64,000 nt of DNA from Eledone cirrhosa (GCA_964016885.1 OZ024746.1:88722001-88786000); one strand, 5' to 3'. Shown: positions 1-15,527, numbered from the stretch's first letter. Notes: a model not told the origin generated them from the letters alone. Numbers and translations: made by a program.

Positions 1-26
1 ATATATATATATATATATATATATAT

Positions 27-82
<56 letters not shown>
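1..82. repeat. (TA)n microsatellite
   Basis: Near-pure TA dinucleotide run. Confidence 0.95.
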
Positions 83-86
<4 letters not shown>

Positions 87-3000
87 TTGTATTATATTAT
101 ATTACATTATATTGCAATATATACAATTTGATATAGTTACATATAGTGTAAGATGCAAATTATATAACCACTAGTTAATAATTATTTTATTAATTATTAT
201 ATTTGTAAAATAATTTATATTAAAACCCCAGACGCAATTGCACGTACGCAGTATATTTTATAAGTATTTATTGTGATTCAGTAAGAGTGTGTGTGCTAAA
301 ATTTGGATTTAAATCATCATGAATAACGGAGGATAAATACGATCGATCTTAACGGCAATATATTTTTACAAAACACTAAGTTTAAGAATTAAAGGAGACA
401 AACGAACTGTTGACATATATATTTTACGCTTAAACCAGGCATCACAAAAATTGGCGCCGAAAAGCAACAATCATTGATGAGTTCTGAGGCGACTGTCAAG
501 AAATGTTTCAACGAAAATCAGATAGGCTTGCAATAGTAGTAAAAAAAAAATGGAGACATATTTTTTTAGTGTTGAGAATGTAGATTATAATCAGTTGATG
601 TTTTCACTAGGTGAGGAATGAATTCGTGGTGTTAATGTCTACTGCGATAAGATAAATGGAAAAGTTTCACCCACATCTGAAACATTAGTAGGATTAGCCC
701 GATCAATACTGTTTGGTTGACTTCCTTCACTATAGTTTATAGTTTCAACCGATTGTTGTATTGTTTCGATAATGTGTTTTATTTACGTTATTCTGTCAGT
801 CCAAGCACTACAGTAAAGAGCATTAATTTAATGCTTTACACTGTTTTCCTCCATTATTATCTGACAAACGATCGGCAATCGACTTATATGATTGTTATTT
901 ACATATGAACCTCTCTGTCTGTAAATATTCGTAGGCGGCTGTATATGCATGATCAATATATTCTTTTTTTTTTCATTCGCAATGATGAAAACAATAGTGA
1001 GTAGAATAGTTTCCTTGAATATTTAGTTTGTTAAATTCAACCTGTTATATAAGAAATAAATATTCATAATTTCAATCCTCAAACGTTATTATGCGGCCGG
1101 GGATTTGCCTTAACAGGCGTAGACAGCTAAGGTCATAAAGCCTCCATAACGGATGCGTGAAGAGAAATAGACTGGAGTGCTATTTTATTGTATTCTGTGT
1201 GCTTAAAGTTTCACTGAATTAAATATTTCATAATGGCTGAATACCTAACATTGTCTTTAATTAGAAGCTATATGTCTGATTCTGGAAGGATTAGTTGAAA
1301 TAAAGTTGCATTTCTGCTGTGTAATTTCTTTGAGATATCTTTACAACAGCTCTTATCAGTATTTAAAGCTTCCAGGTAACACTTTTTACTGATATATGAG
1401 AACTGAAAATGATAATTTGTACAAATATTGGTGTGAAAACCTAGTATCAAGAAGAAAATAGTTGTATTTTAGTGCAACAAATTCGTTTCTCACTTTTCTA
1501 TCTCTTGATACCGATAATATTGTTACAGGTTTCCGACTAATTTACAGTTGAAAAAAGCTAACCCACACATGATAATAAGTTCGCTATTCTGTGAAACAAG
1601 AAGATTCACACAAAGCTTTATGATGAAACATTGAAAGCATCAATTTCAAAAAGAAAAAACGGAAGTGGTCTAGTGAGAAGACATGAATCGGATACTCTAC
1701 CCAGCTAGCTAAAATGACTATACGCATATATTTTGCCAATAAACTAACAGAAACGAATTATGTAATTTAATTATGGAAGTTATTATGTAATGTGAAAACG
1801 TGCGCCTGTTTCTAATTTACCACAAATATTAAGAGATATTAGTTTTTCATAAAGTTCTGTTCAGTGTAATGACTTTGGAAGCCTTACATATAATAGTAAC
1901 GTCCACAGAAATGCTTGATATTTGGAAATCAGTAATTTCTGATATTCAACTTTGAATCCGATCACTAATAAAACGTTTCTATTCCTTATATTTGTTAAGA
2001 TATAATTCTTAATAATGGAAAGATTACAACAAGAAAAACAGAGAATCATGAACTCTTCTTGAAATCTCCAGAGAAGTAAATATTATTACCATGCATATAT
2101 AGAATGCAAATATCATTCCTGAATTTAAAGATGACGAAGAAATGTTCCATATGTCAAAAAGATTATTAATTTAATGTAAACTTTGATTGCATTATTATAC
2201 ATTATGAACGTAATTTGCAATCACTCTCTTTCCTTTGTCATATGCATAATGAAATTCTGTTAAATTCACATTGCTTAATATTCAAAATGGATAGATTGCT
2301 GTAACTTAAGGTTACACAAAATATTCTAAATGTTACGTAATATGAAATTACAACAAACGATTGTTAATCATCCCTGCAATAGTATGCTATATAATACGAT
2401 GTAATACAAAGGCATATCAGTCTGTTATTGGAAAGCAATTATTTCATCGCATTTAAAATAATGATAAATTCTATCCGTTCCACTGTGGCTGAAATAATTA
2501 CAAACACACTCTAGTCACGAGAAAGAAATACTGATTAAGAATGTTGAATTAACGTTTGTCACCGGACATATATGTCTGCACGTTTTAAATTATAGTATAA
2601 TTATGCGGATCAGAATTCATCTATCACTCAAGTTGTCTGCCATGAATTTGAAATAAGGAATAAAAGCAGATGATTTCCTCAATTGAGGTAGGGTGAGTGT
2701 CAAAGAGAGATATAATGAAAGGAAGTGTATGAGTGAAATATAAATAGAGAGGGAAAAAGAATGACACACGAAGAGAAAGATTGTTAGGATCAACAGCAGC
2801 ACTGGACAGATGACGAAATGCGGTGTTAATTTCCGTGGCATTTGAGCACAGGAACCAGAATAAATATCCGGTGTTTTAATGAATCTGATAATTAGAAGTT
2901 AACACGTTCATGTCTATGTGTGAAACAAGGAAAGAAGCCGAGCAATAGCAATTCAAATACCGCGTCATATAGCTATAACTATAACTATTAATAGTAAATT

Positions 3001-3188
3001 ATTTACATGAAATTTGCAAGACGATAGCGTCTCCTGCTGAAGGTGCGAATGTATCATTCTAGTATGTGGAATGTCATTGCATTGGATCACATATAGCAGG
3101 AATTCATCTCAGAATGTAATATCATCCATACAAATTCACTTTAACACACCCATATATATGTATGTATGCATGCGTGCATGTCTGTGCA

Positions 3189-3990
<802 letters not shown>

Positions 3991-4030
3991 TATATATATA
4001 TATATTTATATATATATATACATATATATA

Positions 4031-4929
4031 TATGAGGTGGGTCAGAACAGTTCCAGGACTGATGTCGGAAAATATTTATTTCAAACCCTAACTTCACACT
4101 AAGATTTTTCCCGTTGAAAGTAATCCCCCTGGAGTCTAATGCACTTTTCCATGCTTTTCTGCCACACTTGCTTGCACTCCTGGAATTATTCTCCCCGGAT
4201 CCTCCGCAGTTCCGTCGTCACGGCCGTTTTGTTGTTGTCCATGTCTTCAAAACGGGTCCCCTCCGGGTCTTTCTCGGATATCCATGACTGATCACCGTTG
4301 ACGACTGTCCCTAGCAAGTCTAGTTCGGTTTCAAGACGCTCAAGGATGTCCTGGCACACTTGCATGCTTCGAACCTTCTGGTCATCGTTCAGCAGTTTTG
4401 GCACCATCTTCGCGTAGACTTTGCGCATGTCCAAATCTTCAGTGAGAATCTTCCAGACGCTATCCCGATTCATGCCCACCTCATTTGCCTCCATCCGCCA
4501 TCAGCCGACGGTCGCTACACATCATCTGCCTGACGCGCTCAACGTTGATCTCAGTCCTCTTTGTTGAGGGCCTTCCGCTCCTGAGGTCATCTTCCATGTC
4601 CTCGCCTCCTTCTTTACACCTCTAGTACCACTCAAAAGCACGTGAGCGTGAAATTTTCTCATCTCCATACACTTGATGCAGCAATCCTGGTGCTTCTGCC
4701 GGAGTTATCAAGTTTGTTCGTTGCTCTGTCCTCATTGCTTGACTACCTGAAACAGAGGACATGTATATAAAATTATGAAGAAAAAAAGTTTGATCGCTGC
4801 AGAAAACTAAGATTATAGATACATACTCCAGGGGGATTACTTTGAAGGATAACACTCTTAGGGTGAAGTCTGGGTTTGAAATAAATCTTTTGTGACATCA
4901 GTCCTGGAACTTTACTGACACACCTCGTA
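4031..4929 (-). mobile_element. Internally deleted mariner DNA transposon
   Basis: ~105-bp imperfect TIRs (ta(t/c)gaggtg.gtcag ... ctgacacacctcgta) in TA context; peptides LHQVYGDEKISRSRAFEW, DLDMRKVYAKMVPKLL, VNGDQSWI..DPE joined directly to GTRFED; stops and frameshifts. Confidence 0.92.
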
Positions 4930-6094
4930 TATATGTATATACAGCAGGTCAATAGAATTACAGGTCTAGAGACTTTTGTTGATGTCATTCAATGTGATGT
5001 TTTGGGTTTAAAGAAATGCTCTTTACGACAGTTTTTCCTCATTGAAATTATGGATTGGTGAATTAGAGACCACTTAAGTAATTAAGCTTACAACGCATTT
5101 CACAACACTACAATATTAGGAAGGATCAAAACGTACTTCAGTATGAAAGGATTAGTTTTCCATAAATTTAAAAGCGTGAGATGTGCTTATCTGTAACTCC
5201 GAGTGTCCCCCCCCCCCTTGTCGCTTCTGTTATTTTCAATGAAGTTATCTCCGAGGCTGGGAAAATCCGAGGTATCCACCCTCACCCCAATTCCATATTC
5301 GGAAAAGATGGTGATAAACAAAGTATATAATAGAGAAACAGATTCTACAAAAATTACAAAGAACTTAAGTATATACAATATTATTAACTTTTATTCTTTG
5401 CAGCATATATGAAACGTTTGCGTCGCCTTCCTAGTCTGGAATGGCCTACATGTAATTGAACATGTGAGACACAGCCTTCTTCTACATGGATGCCGGCAAC
5501 CTGCATTTGATGGGGTACTTGTTAATAATTATTGTGTAAATGACTCTCACTGGAATTTGAAATCGTTTGAAATGAAAGGGTGTATATGTTCGTATTAGCA
5601 GCATTTTAATTATGAATGCGATGTCACCCTTATCATATCTAGTGAGGATATTGACGTTAATGTGAAGCGGTAGTTAAGTCACAACCATATGCGTCCCATT
5701 ACACAATCTTGCCTGATCCAAGATTCTGAGATGTATGGTGAATACGCTCTCCTTCAATTCAAGTTTGTGGGACAGCATACCAGATTATGTATGTTAAAAG
5801 AGATATGTATTTAACTGTAGAGGCATGTATGTCAAATTGTATTTAACTGCTTTCAAATTCCTTCTCCAAAAGGCCAATATTACCTGCATATTGAAAGACA
5901 CTTTCAGTCTCCAGGTTAATGTTGAAATCATTTTTAACAGGGAGATTAACGCGACGTCGTGTAAACGGTGGTTTATTTAAGATTTTATAATATAGATATA
6001 TTCAGGTTTATACAGAGCCCACTTCCTGGCAACATGGTATTTAAGTGCTGCTGGTAATTAAATCTAGACAATCAAACCCGCACTATATATATAT

Positions 6095-6173
<79 letters not shown>

Positions 6174-8676
6174 CATGTCTATGTGTGTTGGGGGGGGGGG
6201 GTATGTGTCTGTGTCTGTGCTTGTGTGTGTGTGACTGCAGAAGGTTCAGTAAGTCCCAAGAAAACTGGTGAGAGTACCAATGTCAGCACTCGATGCAGAG
6301 GAGAGTGTATATAATAAGAACAACGTTAAAGTGTCACATATGAGATTTATTGATGAACCCAGTTACAAATGTGTATTGCTCAACTCAGTTACATAGCCGG
6401 CTAGTGATTTGGTGGCATAATCCCAGACCAGACTACAAGTCTGCCTGATCCTCAGACCAGTGTTAACACAACAAAAATCATATAAAATATGAAGACGAAC
6501 CAGCCAGGCACAAACAAGCCTATAGAAAAACCAATCCCGGGCCTAGAATCCAACAGACGCACGTATCTCGAGTATTACAAGAAAATAACTGTTATAAAAA
6601 AACTAATATATGTGAGCACACGCATACACACACATGCATAAAATACCTACAGACACAAACATGCACACGTAGATATTTTACATGTACATACATATACATA
6701 CACACACACGTACAAACATACATCCTCACACACACATACGTATAAATACACACATATATAAATACATACATCATAAAAACACACGCAATAAATGCAAGAC
6801 TCTGCCCTCAAATTCCTGCTGAAGTACATTGTGAGGCAAGTTCATACGGGAATTTAAGTAACCATTTAGAGCCGCAGGGTCAGTGTTGGGTGTGATTCAG
6901 TCCGTGGCGGTGGCGTCGTCGAAACTTTAAGCACGCCACCGCAACTCTTATGTAAATATAAACAAAATAATTCACAGACACAATCGAACACACGTGCACA
7001 CACTAAAACATATAAAAAACCCACAGACAATCATTTGTACCGACACAGGGGCAATAACGCAGACCAGATTAGTTGAAAACACACAAAAAACCGTAAATAT
7101 TATCATGTTTATTTAGTGTTTTAATCGGGGAAAGTAGAAACCTCCTATATATTAAAAACATAATCCAAAATTTCTTTGGTGGGGTTATAAGCTAGATTGA
7201 ATAAGTTGAGTCAGATTTACTTAAGGATGTTCTCAACCATGGTTTATGGAATTTAAAAAAAAGTACATTGACCGTTCCAGCATATTGGAATAACGAATTT
7301 TGGAAGAGTTTCATTTCCTTCATCTGCGAAGAGTTATTTCGAAAAAGAGGAGTCCGGCGTGTTTATATGAATATATTTCACTCAATATATTTGGAGAAAA
7401 AAATCGGTTTTATATTAACGCTAGTAATATTAGTCACAAGTGAGCTGAGGGATAATGTTTTGTCGGGATGTCTGAAGGTTTATTCAACGATCAGAAAATA
7501 GCTTTTGCCCCGGATCTCATACATTTCTACATACATCCTCATTTATATTTTCTGAAATGTCCAGGCTAGGAAAACATGTTTAATTATATGACAGTCTGAA
7601 TAATTAGGGGGGAATATATCCAACGGTCACTTAAGTAACACGACAAACAATTAAGTAATAATTAATTATATATCTAATTAAGATGTGGAAGAAACGAGCG
7701 TTAATTTAATAAAATGTAGTATAATTAACCGTTTTCATCTTATTTACCAATATGATATTTTCTAAACACCTTGAAATGAGGAATTTTATACCACCGACGC
7801 AGAATTGTATTTTGAATTTCGAGTAGTTTATTGTATGGGAAGTGCTTGTCAATTAATTTTAATTAATTGACAAGCACTTCCTTAAACTTCCCAAATACCA
7901 TAACATCTTTAATAGAAATACAATCAAAGTATATTACTCTAATGCAACAAACATAGAATCACACATACAAAAAATTAACTGTAAAATAATATCTAATGAA
8001 AATAACCTACAAACAAAGACCATAACACCAAATACAACACACAAACACATCACAACATCACAACTGCACACACATCAGGACGCATCACAACAGAACATCA
8101 ACAAACCCAAATCTCAGCCGATACATAACAACATACAAAACCGCATCGATGAACTGGCACACATAAAGCCTCAAAATGTAACTGTCACTTACCGGATAAA
8201 TGCCCACTACAAAATAGATGCCTGAAGTCAAATATAGTGTATCTGTGTACTATAAATTCAGGCAACTTAGCATGGCACTACATAGGTTCTACGGCGGGGG
8301 AGTTCAGAAAAAAACATGGTACGTCCCCAGACGCTCTATAAAGAACCGTAGTCTAATGAAAACAACAACGGTCGCCAATAAAATCTGGCAACTTAAAGAT
8401 ACAAACCAGGGATACTGGAATAGCTGGTCTAATCTGTCAGAGGCAAAGGCCTACAAATGTGGAATAGCCCACTGCGGACTTTGCAATATGAAGTTGCTCC
8501 ATATTTTAAAATATGACAAAATGCTGCTTAACAGCAAAATTGAACGGTCAATTTTCTGTAGGCATAAAGCAGCTACTAAATTCGCTAATTTCAAACAAAC
8601 TTGAATCGACTCAGCAATTCCATAATTCAAACTGTACCCCCCTGAGTCTATTATAATAACCCATTATTATTATTAT

Positions 8677-8857
8677 TGGATTGTCAGTATCAGTAGATGG
8701 TCGGACACCATGCTTTGCAGCAAAGAGTTACGACCCTTTATGATCTGGGTTCAAATTCCGCCGAGGTTAACTTTGCCTTTAATCCTTACGAGGTCGATAA
8801 AATAAAGTACCAGTAATGTACTGGATAATTGCTGGCCTTGTGCCAAAAAGTAGAAAC
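8677..8857 (+). mobile_element. tRNA-derived SINE inserted in the PLE 3' region
   Basis: A-box-like tgtcagtatcag, B box gggttcaaattcc, central gcctttaatccttacgaggtcgataaaat, tail gtagaaac. Confidence 0.9.
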
Positions 8858-9343
8858 ACTTATTATTAACTGTCAATAAATCAACATCATAACCTCCTAA
8901 CTTTTTTCTCTCTCTTTCCCTAAATCTATTTCACCTCTTACATTATCGTTATCTCTTCACCTCTAACATAACTTCCAATGTATTAATGTATTAATTTAAC
9001 CAATACATATATGTATATATTTAGTATGTTCATGTTTATACCATGACATCATTATATTTTAACCACTAACACGACAATTATCTTCAACAATCATATTATG
9101 TTCACTTTTCTTCGCACAGATATAGGTTTTTTAATTTATTTTTTATCATCTTCATTCTAACTTATTCATTATTATTTATTTATTATTGTTTCTTTATCTT
9201 TTTTCTTTTTTCTCTTTTCTTTTTTGTTCTTTATTTTTCTCTCTCTATTTTTTTATTTTTTTTCTTCTTGTTCTTTCTTTATTACTGATGTTGTGATTTG
9301 AATTTTCCTAGTGTATTACAAACGCCGTGATTAATTTTAATGA

Positions 9344-9451
9344 GTTTTTGTGATGATTTAGTAAGCATGCATTGTATTTAAATTGGAGTGACACAACTAC
9401 AAGTGATTAGCAATTATTACACAACTTAATCAATGAAACAAATGTTAAGAC
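9344..9451 (+). ncRNA. Degenerate type I hammerhead with long stem II (family C)
   Basis: gttttt-GTGATGA...atcaat-GAAA-caaatg-TT-aagac at the same pLTR position as the 22464 and 25082 motifs; C3 mutated. Confidence 0.45.
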
Positions 9452-9876
9452 TGTAAACAAAATCATTTTTGTACTGTTGACCAAGCTGTTGTTCACTTTT
9501 CACTATTAATACGCCAAGATTACATTGCACAGGAATTCCCGAGAAGTTACAATCTCGCTACCCAAGGAAACCTCTCGTTGAGTCAAACAACGCCGTACGC
9601 TAAAACTATCCACAATACGGAGTATTCACAACCTCTAACTCTATTACCTATAACGATAATTTGTTATCCCATATATCTATAAGTATTTATACGTACATAC
9701 ATATATCTATAGAGACTACAGTAGTATGTATATACATACATACATGCAGACACATATATATGTACGTATGAGTTTACCGAACATTTATTATAATGCTCGG
9801 TTTGTCTGTAAACAAACAGCCCGAATTATTAGCCGTACAGTGTTCTGGTGCCCTATTTGTTCAACACTGACAAAGG

Positions 9877-9921
9877 AACAATGAACTAGTTTCTAGCTTA
9901 TTAGCTGTCATCAGCGTCGTT
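9877..9921 (-). ncRNA. Minimal type I hammerhead ribozyme
   Basis: Minus strand: aacgacg-CTGATGA-cagct-aata-agcta-GAAA-ctag-TT-cattgtt; 7-bp stem I with CpG-type decay, palindromic stem III. Confidence 0.78.
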
Positions 9922-10110
9922 TATCTTCCTGTCAGTTGATTGAACGTTTGAAAGTATATACTTTCCTTATCCATATTAACGGCTGAGCAGCCTAATTTGC
10001 ATATCGACTGAGTTAGTCGGCCATGCGTACCGAATACGATAAATGGAAAAAATGAAATTTCATTCAAAGTATATACCTTCAACGTTCAATCAACTGGCAG
10101 GAAGTTATAC
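9918..10110. repeat. Inverted repeat (~47-bp arms) abutting the 9877 hammerhead
   Basis: cttcctgtcagttgattgaacgtttgaaagtatatacttt vs aaagtatataccttcaacgttcaatcaactggcaggaag. Confidence 0.8.
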
Positions 10111-10943
10111 GATTTGACATTATACAGCAACGAGATATTTAGAATAATACGAGGATTTATCAACTGGTGATTTCAATAAACTATAAAATAAAGCAGAAAT
10201 ATTGAGGCTTCCTTGAACATTTGAAATTAGCGACTCATATATATATTACAAGGAGAATAAAAGTCCGTACACGTACAAATTGTTTTATTGAAATATAGAA
10301 AATAGTAAATTTCTAACGATTTATTCGCACTAAATAAAATAATCGCCTTCATGTTAGGTGCAATACATCTTTGAAACATTCGATTCATCATAATTTAGTA
10401 ATAAAATATTCAACATGTGCACGTGCATTTCTTTGTATAAACCTATATAGCAACAATTTATTTGATTTTTCACTTTCACTTTTACCTCTATCCACGAAAA
10501 TTAATAAAATATTTTTTTATGGAATGCCCGTTTTATTTTGAGTGAAAGGAAGCTGGGTACTATATATATATCAATCATTTGCCTAATTACATAACTGTCC
10601 TATGCAGAAAATATTGTGCATAAGGATTAGTAAAACAAATATGAGTGCATTGTTGTCAAGAAATCACATAAGACTCGAATGCAAAGCATACACTCCTCAA
10701 AACGAGATTAATCACAAAATACAAATAACTATTTGCTAAGAAAAAAATAAAACATCGTAACTGGAGATTATTTCGTTGGTGCAGAATATATTTACTGGAT
10801 TCAGTACAATGCAAATGCAAGAGAGACCAATAAATTAATGCACAACATCGGAAAACTCTTTTGTATCATATTGGGGTTCCATATATATTTTGGTGAACTG
10901 AATATGCATTCTGTGTCTGTAGAAGCAAATAGATAATCAGAAT

Positions 10944-10994
<51 letters not shown>

Positions 10995-11652
10995 TTCAAG
11001 AGTAACCGATCTTAAAGAGAGAGATGGAGATAGGAGAGGAGATAGGAGAGGATAAGAGAGATTGGTGAATTAGTTAGAAGTCAAAGCGTAAAGGCAATGT
11101 GCAATATGCAGTGGAATGCAGCTATTTGGCTGGGTTCATGCAAAGGTTAGGTGCACAGAGCTGGAAATATTCATTAGTTAAGCAAAATAAGACCACAATT
11201 TTCACAAGGAACACATCGAGGCTGCATTGTGTGAGATCTGCCTATGGGTAACAAGATGGCCGTCATTGGACATATTTACCTTACAAATTAGAAGGTGGTT
11301 TCAGGGGTAGTAACTCCTCGTGAAATTAGAAATTGTGGGTAGTTTATATTCAAGAAGTGTTAATTTTTAAATGTTTTAATTGAGAGACAATGTAAAGGAG
11401 GCAACATAGAATTATTTAAGTTAGCTATAACTATTTAACTCAAGTTAATTATTTTCAACTGAACCAGATCAATAAGGATCTATAATCATTTTATCCAGAA
11501 ATATTATATGGAGTAGCGAAACAATTTTCAACGGAAATTATTATTATTAATATTATTATTATTATCTACATTCCTTATCAAACTAAAATATGTTGACAAT
11601 TTTTTAATAATGTCTTCCGTGTGAAATGTGTGGTCTTGTTTTGCTTAACTAA

Positions 11653-11733
<81 letters not shown>

Positions 11734-11737
<4 letters not shown>

Positions 11738-12041
11738 GGAAGAAATGAAACGAAATTTCATTTCTCACTCTTAGTACGGCTGTTACTTAAATATAAGTAT
11801 GTATACGTACAAAAATATATGTATACAGACGTACAGTAGTTGTTTGTTTACAAACACACCGAGCATTATAATAAATGTTCGGTGAATCCATACGTACATA
11901 TATATATATGTGTGCATGTATGTATATATATATAAATACTACTGTACGCCTGTATACATATATGTATGTACGTACACATACTTATATTTAAGTAACAGCC
12001 GTACTAAGAGTGAGAAATGAAATTTCGTTTCATTTTTTTCC

Positions 12042-12045
<4 letters not shown>
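11734..12045. mobile_element. Fold-back element flanked by (TA)n
   Basis: Inverted arms of ~100 bp (aaacgga...tttcatttctcactcttagtacggctgttactt); internal hairpin accgagcatt...aatgttcggt also seen inverted at 9775-9802. Confidence 0.75.
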
Positions 12046-12077
<32 letters not shown>

Positions 12078-12081
<4 letters not shown>

Positions 12082-12742
12082 GAAAGGTATAGAAAGTATT
12101 GTATCAAGAAGCCAACAGTATTCCATAATATATAAGTGACTATAGCGTCAAAATGGGAAAATAGTTAACGTAAGATGTGGGAAAAATAATTCAAACTCAA
12201 TTCAAAAAGAATCAGGATATTTATCCAACAGAATTTAGTGAAATCCAGGGAAAAATCAATAGAGCCTTAACTCATGATAAAATAAAGTTCAAAATACTCA
12301 TCCTTCAATTTGGGACAACTACAAATGCTCTGTATTGTCTTGAAAAAGACTATTTTACGTACACTTTCACTGGAGATGGTCACGGTTGGAATACGATCCT
12401 CAGCAGAGCTCAACACGATAGCCAGATTCTCACTGATTAATATGCCAAAAAGGGAATTTAAAAGCAGGCTAGTTTACCATCATGCGTGATTATGAAAATA
12501 AAACGCACATGTTGAAAAACAGGGCTGGTGACGTCAGAATGAGACGAATGTTTGTTTACATGAAACAACAGTAAAAAACATTCCGAAAAAAACTCAACAA
12601 TAAGGAGTTCAGCAAAAAGCAATATTATCGCGGTTTTTTTTTTTTAAATACCGGGATTAGTCCCAAATAATTTAAGCACTCTAGGAAAGAAATCCGAGTT
12701 TAAATATATAAATGAAAGGTATAGAAATTACTGTTGCAAGAA

Positions 12743-12745
<3 letters not shown>
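12078..12745. repeat. Interspersed repeat family D with ~35-bp terminal direct repeat, in (TA)n
   Basis: aaatgaaaggtatagaaa...caagaagcca at both ends; second copy at 56421-56848. Confidence 0.8.
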
Positions 12746-12801
<56 letters not shown>

Positions 12802-15463
12802 AACATTGATGAATTTTCGTTTGATGTAGTTACATTTTTTATTGCTTATTGAACGGTTATGTGCTAAAGAGTCACATGCAAAGATAAGATAAAGAGATAA
12901 TGGGTCATTAATGGCTCATAACATGGACGAAACAGGAGTAATTTTTAAATGAGTTAACAAAATATTCTAGACAAGTTGCACAGACACAATAGCAGAAGGA
13001 TGGTGAGAATGTCTCCTACAGAAAATGTCTTGATTTTATAAATGTTACCAAGGGCTCGAGATGAATGGATCGATAAAGAAATGTTAGTTAACTAGGAGAT
13101 CATCATGGAAATAGGAAAATGCTTGAATGAAAGAAGCAGACTCAGGAGATAGCTCCGCATCTATTAGAATATTTTCTTGAATAAAACACGAATACTATGC
13201 ATAAAAATCCCATATACATTTTGATTATGCGGGAGATAAGCGGTACTGAGAGGACATTACTGGAAATTGAAAATATTTAAAGTAAATCTAAAATAAATCA
13301 GGTTAGGTTAGTTCCTATATACCAAGCATTTGTGCATTATGCCCCACATCGACATTTCAAACATTTTTATTTTCAACTCGATTTATATTACAACTGCTAC
13401 GATCAACTGCAAAGTGTAAACACATTGGTGTGTAAGTGATGCCAGATGTAGAATAATATGTGGTAGAGAAGGTGAGACAGGGGGCGTTTCTGCGAGTAAA
13501 TTGCACCAAAGTTGCCTTGGTGTAAATGTAATAAAGTGAAACCTAATGTTTGTTTTCATTAACATCATTTTCAAATGGCTCCCTTGTATATTAACGTTGC
13601 CCACTTGCTGGGCGTTTGTCCCACGTGGTGATCACTGCTATAGATATTAGAATATATCAGCAAATATAGTTTGGAAACATAGTTAATGTAGATGATAAAC
13701 CGCCGACCATACACCAGTGTTAGGCATGATTTGTGGCGCAACATATTTATTCAATATTTTATAGAGTCTTACAATAAGTATGTTTATACTGATTATGATC
13801 ATCAACCACGTGGTGTAAGTCCAATACCTCAGTAGTGATTTCTGCACCGTTAGTATATATTCTGAAAGGTGATACATAGCTTTAACATAGGTGATTTGAA
13901 ATGTCGATTACCGTAGTTATTTAAATAATATAACAGAAAACATTTGCATTTACATGCATTTTGAAATCTGAACACTATAGGAAATGGAAATAACATGTAT
14001 GCCACTAATTAATTAGTTATTTCGTGGTAAATGTGGATAATGCTGTATAGGTTTGTGACTAGTCCTTATAGCAAATTGGTTCCTATGTATATTATTAGCC
14101 AACTTCAGAGAAGTATATTTCACTCTGTCCGCATCTCCCCGTACAGAAAGAAACAAATCCGATAAATTGTAGTTAGTTATGACAAGAAATTATGTGGCAA
14201 AGGCAGAATTTGAGCGTTTCTACATACTATATACAGTGCCTGAAATATGTCATATCGCTTGTCTATTGTTAAAACTAAAACAAGATACTACAGCCAGAGT
14301 TTAACATCAACGAGATTAATTTAATTGAAAGTAACATTTACAAATTGCTGATTGTGTATAGATCTGTTATTTTATGTCAATTCCAGAGCATATCCGATAG
14401 ATTTCGCTTTCATCATGGTTCCACAGAGGAGCTTAGGTGACAAAATTAATAGTAATAAATATTTGTAGATAGATAAGTGCTGAAGTGAATATGAATATAT
14501 AATGTATGAGGATATATCCCGGAGCGGATCTTTTTCAATAATAAATTGTAATATTTAACGTATAGCGATGCATATTGGTTTTAGATGGTAAATTAATTTA
14601 GAGTGCGGTTTTCCGAGTGAGCTGTTATTTACATAGCATTCAATTGTTTCACATTCAAGTTCTTCTAGGCATGAACATCTTTTTATCAATGGAAACACGG
14701 AATATTATTATTTCACACATCAGGGACAATTATGTCTGATTACCAAATTCCTCCGTCAAAGCTCCTGAAAATAACATGAATGCGACAATACTATATAATA
14801 GTCGAATAATTAACGGATAATTGAGAATCTAAATACGAATTAGATAGATACACGTGCATTTGAACACAGATGAATAATGAAATACGTCAAAATTACCTGA
14901 TAGTATTTTTACTGAGGTTTTGCTAAACGATTATGCACTAATCTCTAATGTAGAATATCTGGAGATTTGCATTCAGTACGGAAATATAATATAGAAAATC
15001 TAATATGCAGCGATACTAAATTCACAAACAATACTATGAAATATTTTCTATACAATTTTATTTGATTTTATGATCGAGAAATATTTCTTTCTGATCTGTA
15101 CATAACGTTTTATAAAATTAGATCGCCCACATAGGTCTAGGGACAATTCATGAAAAACATCGAATAATTAAAGTTAATCACCACCTACTGATTCTATAAT
15201 AAATAACAACGGATGCTAAAATTATTCAGAGACTAGTTATATAGTTACCAATAGAATATAATGAGCATGTATAATAGACAAGAGTAATCAAAACGTATCA
15301 ATTACTACATAAGTGACCTGATTTAGTGGTAGAAATAAAGCTTGAAACAATATCCTATGTAAACACTAGGACTAAAAATACAATAGGAATAAATCTGTAT
15401 AATTTCATCATACGCTGAATCATACATATACGCAAATATAAATACGCCAGTGTACACGCACGC

Positions 15464-15512
<49 letters not shown>

Positions 15513-15527
15513 CGCGAATATATATAT

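Larger units (their letters stand above)
7862..9670 (+). mobile_element. 5'-truncated Penelope-like element: decayed ORF 3' end (to 8604) plus pseudo-LTR (family C)
   Basis: Translations LIDKHF, NIFNRNTIKVYYS, CNCHLPDKCPLQNRCLKSNIVY, CGLC...LLNSKIERSIFCRHK typical of the PLE linker/GIY-YIG region; 9440-9670 matches reverse complement of 24864-25100; short hairpin 7839-7880 at the 5' junction. Confidence 0.85.

Noticed and set aside
9990-10002. Octamer ATTTGCAT as a regulatory site
   Set aside because: Single 8-mer inside a repeat, with no supporting promoter context
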